A stretch of DNA of 47,837 nt from Actinomycetes bacterium (GCA_021784765.1 JAJYHN010000064.1:1-47837), one strand, 5' to 3'. Positions 9,336-17,755 are shown, counted from the stretch's first letter. Notes: generated from the letters alone by a model not told the origin. Made by a program: numbers and translations.

Positions 9336-10171
9336 GCATCCTGGAGCCGTTTCGCTACCAGTACATGCAGCTTGCCCTGGCGGGAGGGCTGGTGGTCGGG
9401 GCGGTGGCGCCCCTGATCGGGGTCTTCCTGGTGCACAAGCGCCTGTCGCTGATGGGCGACGGCATCGGGCACCTCGCCTTCGCCGGCGTGGCCCTCGGGA
9501 TCGTGCTGAACGTGTATCCCGTGTGGACGGCCCTGGCCGTGGCGGCGGCCGGGGCGGTGGGCACCGAGCTCCTGCGGTCGCGCGCCAGGACCTCGGGGGA
9601 CCTCGCGCTCGCGATCTTCTTCTACGGTGGCCTCGCCGCCGGGGTGGTGCTGGCCGGCCTGCGCGGCGCGCTGAACGCGGGCATCCTCGCCTACCTGTTC
9701 GGCTCGATCCTCACGATGCAGCCGCGGGACCTGTGGGCGATCGGAGCCATCGGCCTCGTGATCGTCGCGGCCGTCGCCGTCTTCGGCCGCGCGATGTTCG
9801 CCACGCTGGTCGACGAGGAGTCGGCCCGCGTGGCGGGGATCCCGGTCGAGGGGCTGAACCTGCTCCTCTCGGCCCTCACGGCCGTGACGATCGTCGCGTC
9901 CATGCGGGTGGTCGGCGTGCTGCTGGTCGCCGCGCTCATGGTGCTGCCGGTGGCGACCAGCCGTCTGCTGGCCCGTTCGTTCCGCGGGACGCTGCTCGGC
10001 GCCTCGGCCGTCGGGGTGGCGTCGGTGGTGGTCGGCCTGGTCGCCTCCAGCGCCTGGGGCCTGGCCTCGGGCGGCACGATCGTCCTGGTCGCCGGCCTCG
10101 CGTTCGCGGTCGTGGCCGTCGTGGCCGGTCGGCGGCGCCGGCCACGGCCTCGAGACGGTGCCATCCCGTGA
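9332..10171 (+). CDS. metal ABC transporter permease (ZnuB-like)
   Basis: ATG at 9332 overlaps the upstream TGA (ATGA). MSILEPFRYQYMQLALAGGLVVG..., ABC-3 type polytopic permease. Confidence 0.88.
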   Translation: MSILEPFRYQYMQLALAGGLVVGAVAPLIGVFLVHKRLSLMGDGIGHLAFAGVALGIVLNVYPVWTALAVAAAGAVGTELLRSRARTSGDLALAIFFYGGLAAGVVLAGLRGALNAGILAYLFGSILTMQPRDLWAIGAIGLVIVAAVAVFGRAMFATLVDEESARVAGIPVEGLNLLLSALTAVTIVASMRVVGVLLVAALMVLPVATSRLLARSFRGTLLGASAVGVASVVVGLVASSAWGLASGGTIVLVAGLAFAVVAVVAGRRRRPRPRDGAIP

Positions 10172-10872
10172 GCGCCGTCGACTCCCCCGAGTCGGTCGGC
10201 TGGCCGACCACCCCCGCGGAGCTCGACGCCGAGCAGCGCCGCGTGGCCGAGCGCGCGGAGCGAGCCGACCCCTGGGCGCCCCCGCCCGGGCGGCCAGCGC
10301 TCGTGGGAGCGGCCTTCGTGGCCCTGCCCACCGCCAGATCGCATCGCGGCGTCCCGGCCGGGTCCGCATGGAGCGCGGCGGTCCTGTTCGAGCATGGCAG
10401 GACGCTCGCGACCGCCGTGGTCCGCGGCCGGGCGACCGCGCCGTACGTCGCCGGATACCTGGCCCTCCAGGAGGGTCCGCTGCTGGAGGAGTCCGCTCGC
10501 GCGCTGCCGCGCGCCCCCGACGTCTTCCTGGTGAACGCGACCGGCGCCGACCACCCGCGGCGTGGCGGCCTCGCCCTGCACCTCGGCGCGGTGCTCGGGC
10601 TCCCCACGATCGGGGTGACCCGGCGGACGCTGCTGGCCACGGGCCCCGAGCCGGGGGAGGAGCGCGGTGCCCGGGCTCCGGTCGTCCTCGACGGCGAGAT
10701 CGTCGCATACCGGGTCCGGACCAGGCGCGGGGCCCATCCCGTGGTGGTCCACGGCGGATGGCGGGTGACCCCCGAGGCCGCGGTCGAGGTGGTGCTGGCC
10801 GTGACGGGCCGGGTCCGGACGCCCGAGCCCCTCCGGCGGGCCCGCCGGCTCGCGCGCCACGCACGGGCCACC
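10168..10872 (+). CDS. endonuclease V-like domain with apparently degenerate active site; no stop codon of its own (frame stays open to 12438)
   Basis: GTG at 10168 overlaps the permease TGA (GTGA). EndoV-like blocks: PYVAGYLALQE (cf. PYIPGFLSFRE), ADHPRRGGLALHLGAVLGLPTIGVTRRTL (cf. [28 protein letters not shown]) and RTPEPLRRA (cf. RLPEPTRWA). The coordinates cover only the homology region. The same frame continues without a stop into the aminotransferase. Confidence 0.55.
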
Positions 10873-11115
10873 GACGAAGGCCGCCTGCGCCACCGGCCCC
10901 CAGGTCGCGGGAAGAGACTCATGGGGATCACACACCGCGCGCGTCGCCGCCCCCGCCGAGTTCCACGGCCTCCACTGACGCGTCGCGGCTCGGGCCGTGG
11001 CGCGATCAGATGCCCTTGCGCTTCGCGGAATGGTGAGGCCATCCGACGGTCTTCGCCCACCCGCGCGGGGGGCGGGCGAGTAGCATGGGGCGGCCGCGAC
11101 GAGGAGGAGGCCGGC

Positions 11116-12438
11116 ATGTCGGAAGAATCGCGGAAGTTGGCCCTCGACACCTACGCAGACCTCGTCAACCCGAGCAAGGTGCGCGTGCTCGCCTCCGCCG
11201 GCCTCGACGTCGTGGAGGCCGCTCGCGAGGGCGTCTACGTCACCGACGCCGCCGGTCGCCGCTACGTCGACTGCTTCACCTCCGCCGGCTCCTTCAACCT
11301 CGGGCGGCGGCATCCGGCCATCGTCCGGGCGCTGGTCGAGGCGGTGGAGGACGAGGAGCTCGACCTCGGGAACTTCCCGCTGCTCTCCGCCCCGAAGGCC
11401 GACCTCGCTCGCAGGCTCGCCCAGGTGACGCCGGGCGACCTCGACTGCGTGATGTTCGGGACCGGCGGCGGCGAGGCCGTCGACTTCGCCATCAAGCTCG
11501 CGCGCGGCTCCACGATGCGCCCGGGAATCGTCTGCAGCGTCAACGGGTACCACGGCCACACGGGGTTCGCGCTCAGCGCGAGCGGACGCGACGCCTACCA
11601 GGATCCGTTCCGGCCGCTCATGCCCGGCTTCTCGCGGGTCCCCTTCGGAGACGTCGCTGCGCTCGAGGCTGCGGTCGGCGGCGACACCGCCGCGGTGCTG
11701 CTCGAGCCGGTCCAGGGCGAGGGCGGAGTCGTCGTCGCCCCTCCCGGGTACCTCGAGGCCGCCCGCAGGATCTGCGACGAGCGCGGGGCGCTGCTGATCC
11801 TCGACGAGATCCAGACGGGGCTCGGCCGGACCGGGCGGCTGTTCGCGAGCGAGCACTTCGGGGTGGTCCCCGACGTCATGACGCTCGCGAAGTCGCTCGG
11901 CGGGGGCCTCTACCCCATCAGCGCGACGGTGTATCGCCGTCCGCTGCAGGACTTCGTCTACATGAACCCGTTCGTTCACCTGAGCACGTTCGGGGGGTCG
12001 GATCTCGGCTGCCGGGTGGCGCTCGCCACGATCGATGCGCTCGTCGCCGATGGGGTGCCGGCGCACGCGGCGAGCATGGGCGAACGCTTCGGCGAGGGCT
12101 TCGAGCGGCTACGGCATCGCTTCCCCGGGCTCGTTCGCGAGGTCCGCCGGCTGGGGCTGATGATCGGCCTCGAGTACACCGACGACAGCCTTGGACCCCG
12201 GATGTCGAGGGAGCTCGCGCGAGAGGGCGTGATCGCGATCTTCAGCGCCAACCACTCGTCCGTCATGCGGATCATGCCGCCCCTCGTGATCCAGCCCGAC
12301 CAGGTGGACGAGGTCCTCGCCGCCTTCGAGCGGGCCATGGCGGCCATCGAGGCCGGCCCCGGCGGCGCGAGTGGGGGTGACGGCGGGGCCTCGACCGCCA
12401 AGGCTCGGCGCCGCCCGCAGCGCGCCACGTCCGAGTAG
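11116..12438 (+). CDS. class-III (acetylornithine/putrescine/GABA-type) PLP-dependent aminotransferase
   Basis: ATG at 11116 preceded by GAGGAGGAGG. Motifs [40 protein letters not shown], and TLAKSLGGG (PLP lysine). Confidence 0.9.
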   Translation: MSEESRKLALDTYADLVNPSKVRVLASAGLDVVEAAREGVYVTDAAGRRYVDCFTSAGSFNLGRRHPAIVRALVEAVEDEELDLGNFPLLSAPKADLARRLAQVTPGDLDCVMFGTGGGEAVDFAIKLARGSTMRPGIVCSVNGYHGHTGFALSASGRDAYQDPFRPLMPGFSRVPFGDVAALEAAVGGDTAAVLLEPVQGEGGVVVAPPGYLEAARRICDERGALLILDEIQTGLGRTGRLFASEHFGVVPDVMTLAKSLGGGLYPISATVYRRPLQDFVYMNPFVHLSTFGGSDLGCRVALATIDALVADGVPAHAASMGERFGEGFERLRHRFPGLVREVRRLGLMIGLEYTDDSLGPRMSRELAREGVIAIFSANHSSVMRIMPPLVIQPDQVDEVLAAFERAMAAIEAGPGGASGGDGGASTAKARRRPQRATSE

Positions 12439-12477
12439 CGCGACCGAACGGGGGACGTCGACGGCTCTGGTCGCGCC

Positions 12478-12864
12478 ATGTCGAGGGAAGCGGAGGAGCG
12501 TGAGGTGGCCACGAGGGACGAGATTCGCGAGGCGCTTGCCGACTACCGGGTCAGCTGCAACTCGAACGAGCGCCTGCGCCGCATGCAGCGCGACTGGTCG
12601 AAGGTGATCCACCTGGACGCGCTCGACGTGGATGCGAAGTTCACGATGCACGTCGTCCGGGGGGAGATCACGTCCATCGACGACGGCCTGAGCGGGCCCT
12701 GCGACGTCCTCGTGCGCGCCCAGAGCGAGGACTTCGCGGACATGTTCTGGGGTGACCTGAACCCGGTCCAGAAGTACCTCCAGGGGGAGATCAAGGTCCA
12801 GGGATCGCAGGAGGACGTCATGCGCCTGGACGCGATCTCGTCGATCATCTGGCCCGAGGTCTGA
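12478..12864 (+). CDS. SCP2 sterol-binding-domain protein
   Basis: 128-aa ORF with C-terminal ...DFADMFWGDLNPVQKYLQGEIKVQGSQEDVMRLDAI, characteristic of SCP-2 domains. It starts 39 nt after the aminotransferase stop. Confidence 0.75.
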   Translation: MSREAEEREVATRDEIREALADYRVSCNSNERLRRMQRDWSKVIHLDALDVDAKFTMHVVRGEITSIDDGLSGPCDVLVRAQSEDFADMFWGDLNPVQKYLQGEIKVQGSQEDVMRLDAISSIIWPEV

Positions 12865-12877
12865 GGGGGGCCGCGCC

Positions 12878-14362
12878 ATGGCGACCAGCGAGCTCCGGAG
12901 GGCACTCGGCCTGCGGACGGTGGTCAGCACCTCGGCGGGCCTGGCCTTCGCGGCGATCGACTACCTCGCGATCGGCGGCCTGATCGCCTACGCGACGGGG
13001 GGCGCCGCATGGATCCCGATCCTCGTCGCCGGATTCCTCGTCCTCCTCGCCTGGGGGTTCTTCGGCGAGCTCAACGGCATGTTCCCGACGGCGGCGGCCA
13101 TCCGCCTGTACATGTCGAAGGCCATGGGCGACCGGCTCGCCCTCGGGATCGCCTTCAGCTACATGACGACGATCGTGCTCGTGGTCGCCGCCGACGCGTT
13201 CATCATCGGCAGTGCCCTCGCCCACGCGCTGGGAGCAGGGCGCTGGCTCGCGCTGGCGTTCGTCGTCGGCCTGCTCGGCCTCGCCACCCTGAGCAACCTG
13301 GCCGGCGTGCGGGTGGCCGGGTGGGTGCAGGATCTCGCCACCTACGCCGTGCTGGCGGTGACGACCGGCGTGGCGGTCGCGGCGTTCACGCTCCCATCCT
13401 TCCGGCTCTCGACGCCACTCACGCCGCTCGCCCACCATCCCGCCGGGGATCTCGTCCAGGCCGTGGCGCTCGGCGTCTTCCTGTACGCCGCCTTCGAATG
13501 GGTGACGACCAGCGCGGAGGAGGTGCGCCGCCCGACCTCGATCGCCCGCGGCATGCTGATCGCCATCGGCCTGCTGGCGCTCGTCTGCTCGCTGGTGGCC
13601 GTGGCGATGAGCGGGTTGCTCGATCACGCGGAGCTCGCGTCGGCGTATCCGCAGGTGATCCTCGGCCAGCGGGTGGCCGGGCAGGCAGGGGTCGTGCTCA
13701 TGACCGCCGTCACGGCGGTCACGGCGCTGAACACCTTCAACGGCGGCTTCGTCACGGCGTCGCGCTTCGTCTACGCGGTCGCGCGCGAGGGGAACCTTCC
13801 CCGGGCGTTCTCGCGCCTGAACGATCGGGCCGTGCCGTTCGTGCCGGTCCTGATGCTCGCCGGCGCCTCGACGTTCGTCGCCGTGATCGTGGCGGCAACC
13901 AACTCGTGGCAGGTCCTCGTGGCGACCGGGGCCACGCTCGAGGCCATGATCTACGCGGTTGCCGGGGTCTGCGTCCACCGCCTCCGCCGGCGGCTGCCCG
14001 AGGCCGAACGCCCTCACCGGGTGCGCGCCGCCAGGGTGCTGGCGCCCGCGGGGGTCGGGCTCTTCGCCGTGCTCGCGCTCGCGGCCGGCATGACGGTCGG
14101 GAGCCGCTTCGATCCCCTGCCGCTCGCGATCGTGGGCGCCATGGGGGCGGCGGCGGCGGCGTACGTGCTCGCATACCTCCCGAGGCTGCAGGCCGCCCAG
14201 GCGGCTCGCCGGGCCCTCGCGGAGCCCAGGCGGCGCCGCCCGCCCCGATCGCCCGGCCCCGCGGGCGCCGTGGACCCGATGGGCTCCGGTGGCCCGATGC
14301 TTGCGGTCGAGCCGGTGATCGCCACCGACCCGGCGGGACCGGACGGCCCCGTGCCCGGGTAG
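12878..14362 (+). CDS. APC-family amino acid/polyamine permease
   Basis: 494-aa ORF with about 12 hydrophobic segments. N-terminus LRRALGLRTVVSTSAGLAFAAIDY is typical of the APC superfamily. GAGGGGGG RBS; starts 13 nt after the SCP2 stop. Confidence 0.85.
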   Translation: MATSELRRALGLRTVVSTSAGLAFAAIDYLAIGGLIAYATGGAAWIPILVAGFLVLLAWGFFGELNGMFPTAAAIRLYMSKAMGDRLALGIAFSYMTTIVLVVAADAFIIGSALAHALGAGRWLALAFVVGLLGLATLSNLAGVRVAGWVQDLATYAVLAVTTGVAVAAFTLPSFRLSTPLTPLAHHPAGDLVQAVALGVFLYAAFEWVTTSAEEVRRPTSIARGMLIAIGLLALVCSLVAVAMSGLLDHAELASAYPQVILGQRVAGQAGVVLMTAVTAVTALNTFNGGFVTASRFVYAVAREGNLPRAFSRLNDRAVPFVPVLMLAGASTFVAVIVAATNSWQVLVATGATLEAMIYAVAGVCVHRLRRRLPEAERPHRVRAARVLAPAGVGLFAVLALAAGMTVGSRFDPLPLAIVGAMGAAAAAYVLAYLPRLQAAQAARRALAEPRRRRPPRSPGPAGAVDPMGSGGPMLAVEPVIATDPAGPDGPVPG

Positions 14363-14399
14363 CGCCCAGCGCGCGAGGCCCTCGCTCGGCAACCTCGGA

Positions 14400-15416
14400 T
14401 CAGGTGCGGACCCGAGCGTGCAGGACGTCCTCGCCGCGCGGGTCGGCCGCGCGGGCGAGCACGCGCACGTCGGATCCGGAGCGTTCGAGGATGAGCGACG
14501 GGGCCTCGAACACGTTGTCGAGCACCGTCCCCACGAGCTGCGGGTTCACGCACCAGCGCACCGAGCGCAGCGAGCGGAGCTGGGCGGCGAACCCCTCCGC
14601 GAACCACTGGTCGCTCCGAAGCAGCGTCTCGCCGGGCTCATTGAATGCCCACGGCGCGTCCCACGCCCACGCGTTGGCCGACGGCTGGGCCACGACCACC
14701 GCGCCGAGAGCGTCCAGGACCGGGCCGCACGCGGTGAACCCCGGCTCGCTGGACGTGTGCGGCTCGACGAACCCGTCGTAGCAGACCAGCGTCCCGAGCG
14801 GGCCGAACGGCGTCTCCACCACCGAGAGGTCTCCCGCCGATCCCGGCGAGAGCGAGAGCACGTCCTCCTGCGTCGGAACGAGGTTCACCTTGCGAGTGGC
14901 CGCGACGCAGCGCCCGTCCGGCGCGAAGGTCAGCGAGGTGTTGAACACCCGCGCGTCACTCGGGCGCAGCCGTGGGACGTCGTCGCCGAGCGCATTGCGC
15001 GGCAGCAGCGCGCTGCCCGCCACGACCCACAGGCCGAAGTCCCGTGCGATGCTCGAGAACGTGGCGTGGTAGGCGGCCCACACCGTGGGTGCCAAGGTGG
15101 TCAGCACCAAGCGTCGCGTTTCGAGCACCCGGTGACGCACCGCGGTTCCCGCGAGCCGCGGCAGCATCCGCAGCGCGATCCGTCGCATCGCCTCGTCGGT
15201 GCTGCGGCAGCCGCGCACGACGTCGGCGGCTCCGGCGAGGCCCAGGAAGGCGCCGACCATCTCCGGCCAGACGGCCAGGGCCGGGACGTCCGGGGAGCTG
15301 CGCATCGCGGCGACCCGCTCGGCGAGATGTCGGTGCCTGGCGGCGAACGCCCCGGCGGACTCGTAGTCCCCGAGCTCGATCCTCGGCTGCACGGCGAACA
15401 GGTCCACCTCGGGCAC
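14400..15416 (-). CDS. carbon-nitrogen hydrolase (nitrilase-superfamily) protein
   Basis: 338-aa ORF with a GTG start. The Glu-Lys-Cys triad contexts are visible: AVWPEMVG, ATRKVNLV, GTLVCYDGF. Confidence 0.8.
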   Translation of the reverse strand: MPEVDLFAVQPRIELGDYESAGAFAARHRHLAERVAAMRSSPDVPALAVWPEMVGAFLGLAGAADVVRGCRSTDEAMRRIALRMLPRLAGTAVRHRVLETRRLVLTTLAPTVWAAYHATFSSIARDFGLWVVAGSALLPRNALGDDVPRLRPSDARVFNTSLTFAPDGRCVAATRKVNLVPTQEDVLSLSPGSAGDLSVVETPFGPLGTLVCYDGFVEPHTSSEPGFTACGPVLDALGAVVVAQPSANAWAWDAPWAFNEPGETLLRSDQWFAEGFAAQLRSLRSVRWCVNPQLVGTVLDNVFEAPSLILERSGSDVRVLARAADPRGEDVLHARVRT

Positions 15417-15460
15417 GGCCCGATCCTACCCCGTGGGCGGCGACCGATAGGCTGACGACC

Positions 15461-16630
15461 ATGGTCGGCGTCCTCGCCTTCGCCGCGACCCTGCTGCTGG
15501 CGGTCCTGGTGTCCGCCCTGGCGCACCGAACGGTCCTCTCGACCGCGGTGCTGTTCCTCGCGGTCGGGTTCGCGATCGGCAAGGGGGCGCTCTCGCTCAT
15601 CACGGTGGGGCCGGCGGATCCCCTGGTGAGGATCCTCGCCGTGCTGGCGCTCGTGAGCGTCCTGTTCACCGACGGGATGCGCGCGTCCGTTCGCGATCTC
15701 GTCTCGGCCTGGCATCTCCCCGGGCGCGCGCTGCTCCTCGGCCTGCCGATCACGCTGGCGCTCACGGCCCTCGCGGCCCGGTTCGTCGTCGGGCTCCCAT
15801 GGCCCGACTCCTTCCTCGTGGGGGCCGTGCTCAGCCCCACCGACCCGGTGTTCGCCGTCGCCATCGTCGGACGAGAGGACGTGCCCTACCGCCTCCGCCA
15901 CCTGCTGAACGTGGAGAGCGGCCTGAACGATGGGCTGGCGCTTCCGGTCGTGCTGGTGCTGCTCGCCATCGTCGGACGGCAGGAGATGCGGGTGGGAACC
16001 GAGGCCCTCCAGCTGCTCGCGGGGCTCGGGATCGGCATCGCGATCCCCTGGGCCGCGGCGGCCCTGGAGCGCAGCCGCTTCTTCTCGGCGAGCGCCGCCT
16101 ACGAGCCGCTCGGGGCCTTCGCCGTCGGGCTGCTGGTGTTCTCGGCGGCCGCCCTCACCGGCATGAACGAGTTCCTCGCGGCCTTCGCCGGGGGCGTCAC
16201 CGTCGCCACCGCGAGTCCCGCGATGCGCACGGCCTTCCACCGCTTCGGCGATCTCGTGACCGAGCTGCTCAAGCTCGCGGCCCTCATGGTCTTCGGGATC
16301 GCCGTGCACCCGAGCCTGTTCGCGGACGTCGGCGTTCGCGGCTACGCGTTCGCGGTCGTGGCGCTGGTGCTCGCCCGGCCGATCGCCATCGGCCTCGCGT
16401 TCCTCGGCGCGCGCGTCCCCGCGCGCGAGTGGCTGGCCGCGGCGTGGTTCGGCCCCAAGGGCTTCGCGTCGGTGGTGTACGGGCTGCTGATCCTGCAGTC
16501 GGGGGTTCCGGGCGCAGGGCGGATGTTCGATCTGGTGGCCATCGTCATCATCGTCTCGATCGTCGCCCACTCCTCCACCGACGTGGTGGTCGCGCGGTGG
16601 TTCCGCGGGACGGAGGCCCCGCCAGCCTGA
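15461..16630 (+). CDS. cation:proton (Na+/H+) antiporter, CPA1/NhaP-like
   Basis: Track ORF 14972..16630 trimmed to the ATG at 15461 (MVGVLAFAATLLLAVLV...). Polytopic; motifs SPTDPV and LNVESGLNDGLALP are typical of Na+/H+ exchangers. Confidence 0.85.
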   Translation: MVGVLAFAATLLLAVLVSALAHRTVLSTAVLFLAVGFAIGKGALSLITVGPADPLVRILAVLALVSVLFTDGMRASVRDLVSAWHLPGRALLLGLPITLALTALAARFVVGLPWPDSFLVGAVLSPTDPVFAVAIVGREDVPYRLRHLLNVESGLNDGLALPVVLVLLAIVGRQEMRVGTEALQLLAGLGIGIAIPWAAAALERSRFFSASAAYEPLGAFAVGLLVFSAAALTGMNEFLAAFAGGVTVATASPAMRTAFHRFGDLVTELLKLAALMVFGIAVHPSLFADVGVRGYAFAVVALVLARPIAIGLAFLGARVPAREWLAAAWFGPKGFASVVYGLLILQSGVPGAGRMFDLVAIVIIVSIVAHSSTDVVVARWFRGTEAPPA

Positions 16631-16638
16631 GCGGGCGG

Positions 16639-16788
16639 CTACCCTTTCGATGAGGGCCCGGGGCGGGCGCGGCGCTCCCGAGCGATCCGGGAGAGCGAGA
16701 GGGCAATCCACCCGAGAAGGCCGAGCGCGGCGGCGACCACCACGACGGCGACCACCGTGCCGGCGAAGGGCGAGAGCAGGCCGAGCAT
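16639..16788 (-). CDS. small (49 aa) single-pass membrane protein, hypothetical
   Basis: My own translation gives MLGLLSPFAGTVVAVVVVAAALGLLGWIALSLSRIARERRARPGPSSKG. The ATG at 16786-16788 is preceded by GGAGGAGG with a 4-nt spacer. GC3 bias is strong, and a hydrophobic helix is followed by a basic tail. It is below the size cut-off of the supplied track. Confidence 0.5.
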   Translation of the reverse strand: MLGLLSPFAGTVVAVVVVAAALGLLGWIALSLSRIARERRARPGPSSKG

Positions 16789-16802
16789 GTTGCCTCCTCC
16801 TC

Positions 16803-16880
16803 TACCTCTGTCCGAAGAGTCCCCCGCTTACCTCTGTCCGAAGAGTCCCCCGCTTACCTCTGTCCGAAGAGTCCCCCGTT
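16803..16880. repeat. 3 x 26-bp direct tandem repeat (unit TACCTCTGTCCGAAGAGTCCCCCGCT on the plus strand)
   Basis: Copies lie at 16803-16828, 16829-16854 and 16855-16880. They are identical through 16878, and the last 2 nt differ. The period is not a multiple of 3. The array starts 2 nt from the SD complement (16793-16800) of the small minus-strand ORF. Confidence 0.95.
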
Positions 16881-17028
16881 CCTCCCCTCCCGTCAAGGTC
16901 ACAGCGGTCGTTCGTTCATCCCTGAGGTGGAGGGGTGGTGGGGCTTCACGCAAAGATGCAGAACGTTGGTGTCGGACGGTCGCGTTCGCCGGAGGACACC
17001 GCGTGGAGGGTTCGCCCGTGGGTCGCCG

Positions 17029-17649
17029 CTACGGAGAACAGGTCGCCCCGCGCGCTGCGACGACGGTGAGGGACACCGGTAATGGCACCCAGGCGTGGTG
17101 CGCGATGCCGAGAACCCGATAGCTCATCGGCATCGAGCCGAGCAGGATCGACGTGCCCGAGGCCATGCATCCCTCCAACCGCAGGGTCACGACGACGTCG
17201 GTGGGATCCGCGCGCGTGAGAGAGAAAGGGTGGAAGGGGCGGCCGCGGGGAGGAAAGGTCCGCACCGTGCTTGACGCGATCCGCACGGCGACCACGCGCA
17301 TGGATGGACCCGACAACTGGCGCCCGATCTCAGTGACGGTGACACCCAACGGCCCCTGGCTGGACAGCGTGAACCCGAGCGAGAACTCGGCCCCGGATCG
17401 GAACACGACCCGGGCGGCGGAGTCCCCAGTCTGGTGCACCGTGGATCCCCATGCGCCACCGGCTCCCGCGCACGTGGCCGGAGAGCACAACGGCTGGTAT
17501 CTGGCAACGAAGAGACCGGCACCGCTGGCCACGAGGGCGACGGTGAACGCGACGGCGAACAGGAGCTGGCGCCGACGGCGACGTGCTGGGCTGCCGTTCA
17601 GGAGCGCGGAGTCTGGCTCTCTCGGCGGGACCTGCGTCACACTCGGCAT
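17029..17649 (-). CDS. hypothetical membrane-anchored protein (N-terminal TM helix plus beta-rich extracytoplasmic domain)
   Basis: Track ORF 17029..17664 begins at a TTG. The ATG at 17647-17649 has GGGGGA 7 nt upstream. Sequence: MPSVTQVPP...RRRRRQLLFAVAFTVALVASGAGLFVA (TM), then ...FSLGFTLSSQGPLGVTVTEIG...VVVTLRLEGC...YRVLG. I recognise no named family. Confidence 0.6.
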   Translation of the reverse strand: MPSVTQVPPREPDSALLNGSPARRRRRQLLFAVAFTVALVASGAGLFVARYQPLCSPATCAGAGGAWGSTVHQTGDSAARVVFRSGAEFSLGFTLSSQGPLGVTVTEIGRQLSGPSMRVVAVRIASSTVRTFPPRGRPFHPFSLTRADPTDVVVTLRLEGCMASGTSILLGSMPMSYRVLGIAHHAWVPLPVSLTVVAARGATCSP

Positions 17650-17725
17650 GCGAGCGTCCCCCAACCCCTACCTCACGTGAGCAGCAGCATCCGTGTGCCT
17701 TGCTCTGCTTGCCTTGCTTTCCCGA

Positions 17726-17755
17726 AACGTATGCCTCTCGATGCGCGGTGTTCAA
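17726..17755 (-). promoter_or_regulatory. putative sigma-A-type promoter for the 17029-17649 gene
   Basis: The minus strand reads TTGAAC (17755-17750), an 18-nt spacer, then TACGTT (17731-17726), about 75 nt upstream of the ATG. It sits in a locally less GC-rich stretch. Confidence 0.3.

Noticed and set aside
16803-16880. Possible miniature CRISPR array.
   Set aside because: The copies are directly abutting with no spacers. There are only three units and no cas genes in the window.
16650-17122. Plus-strand ORFs 16650..16925 and 16757..17122, which translate the 26-bp repeats into repeated LCPKSPPLTSVRRVP peptides.
   Set aside because: The repeat period (26) is not a multiple of 3, so the peptide 'repeat' is just the three frames read in turn. 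The remainder is Arg/Pro-rich, and the region is better explained as the leader of the minus-strand small ORF.
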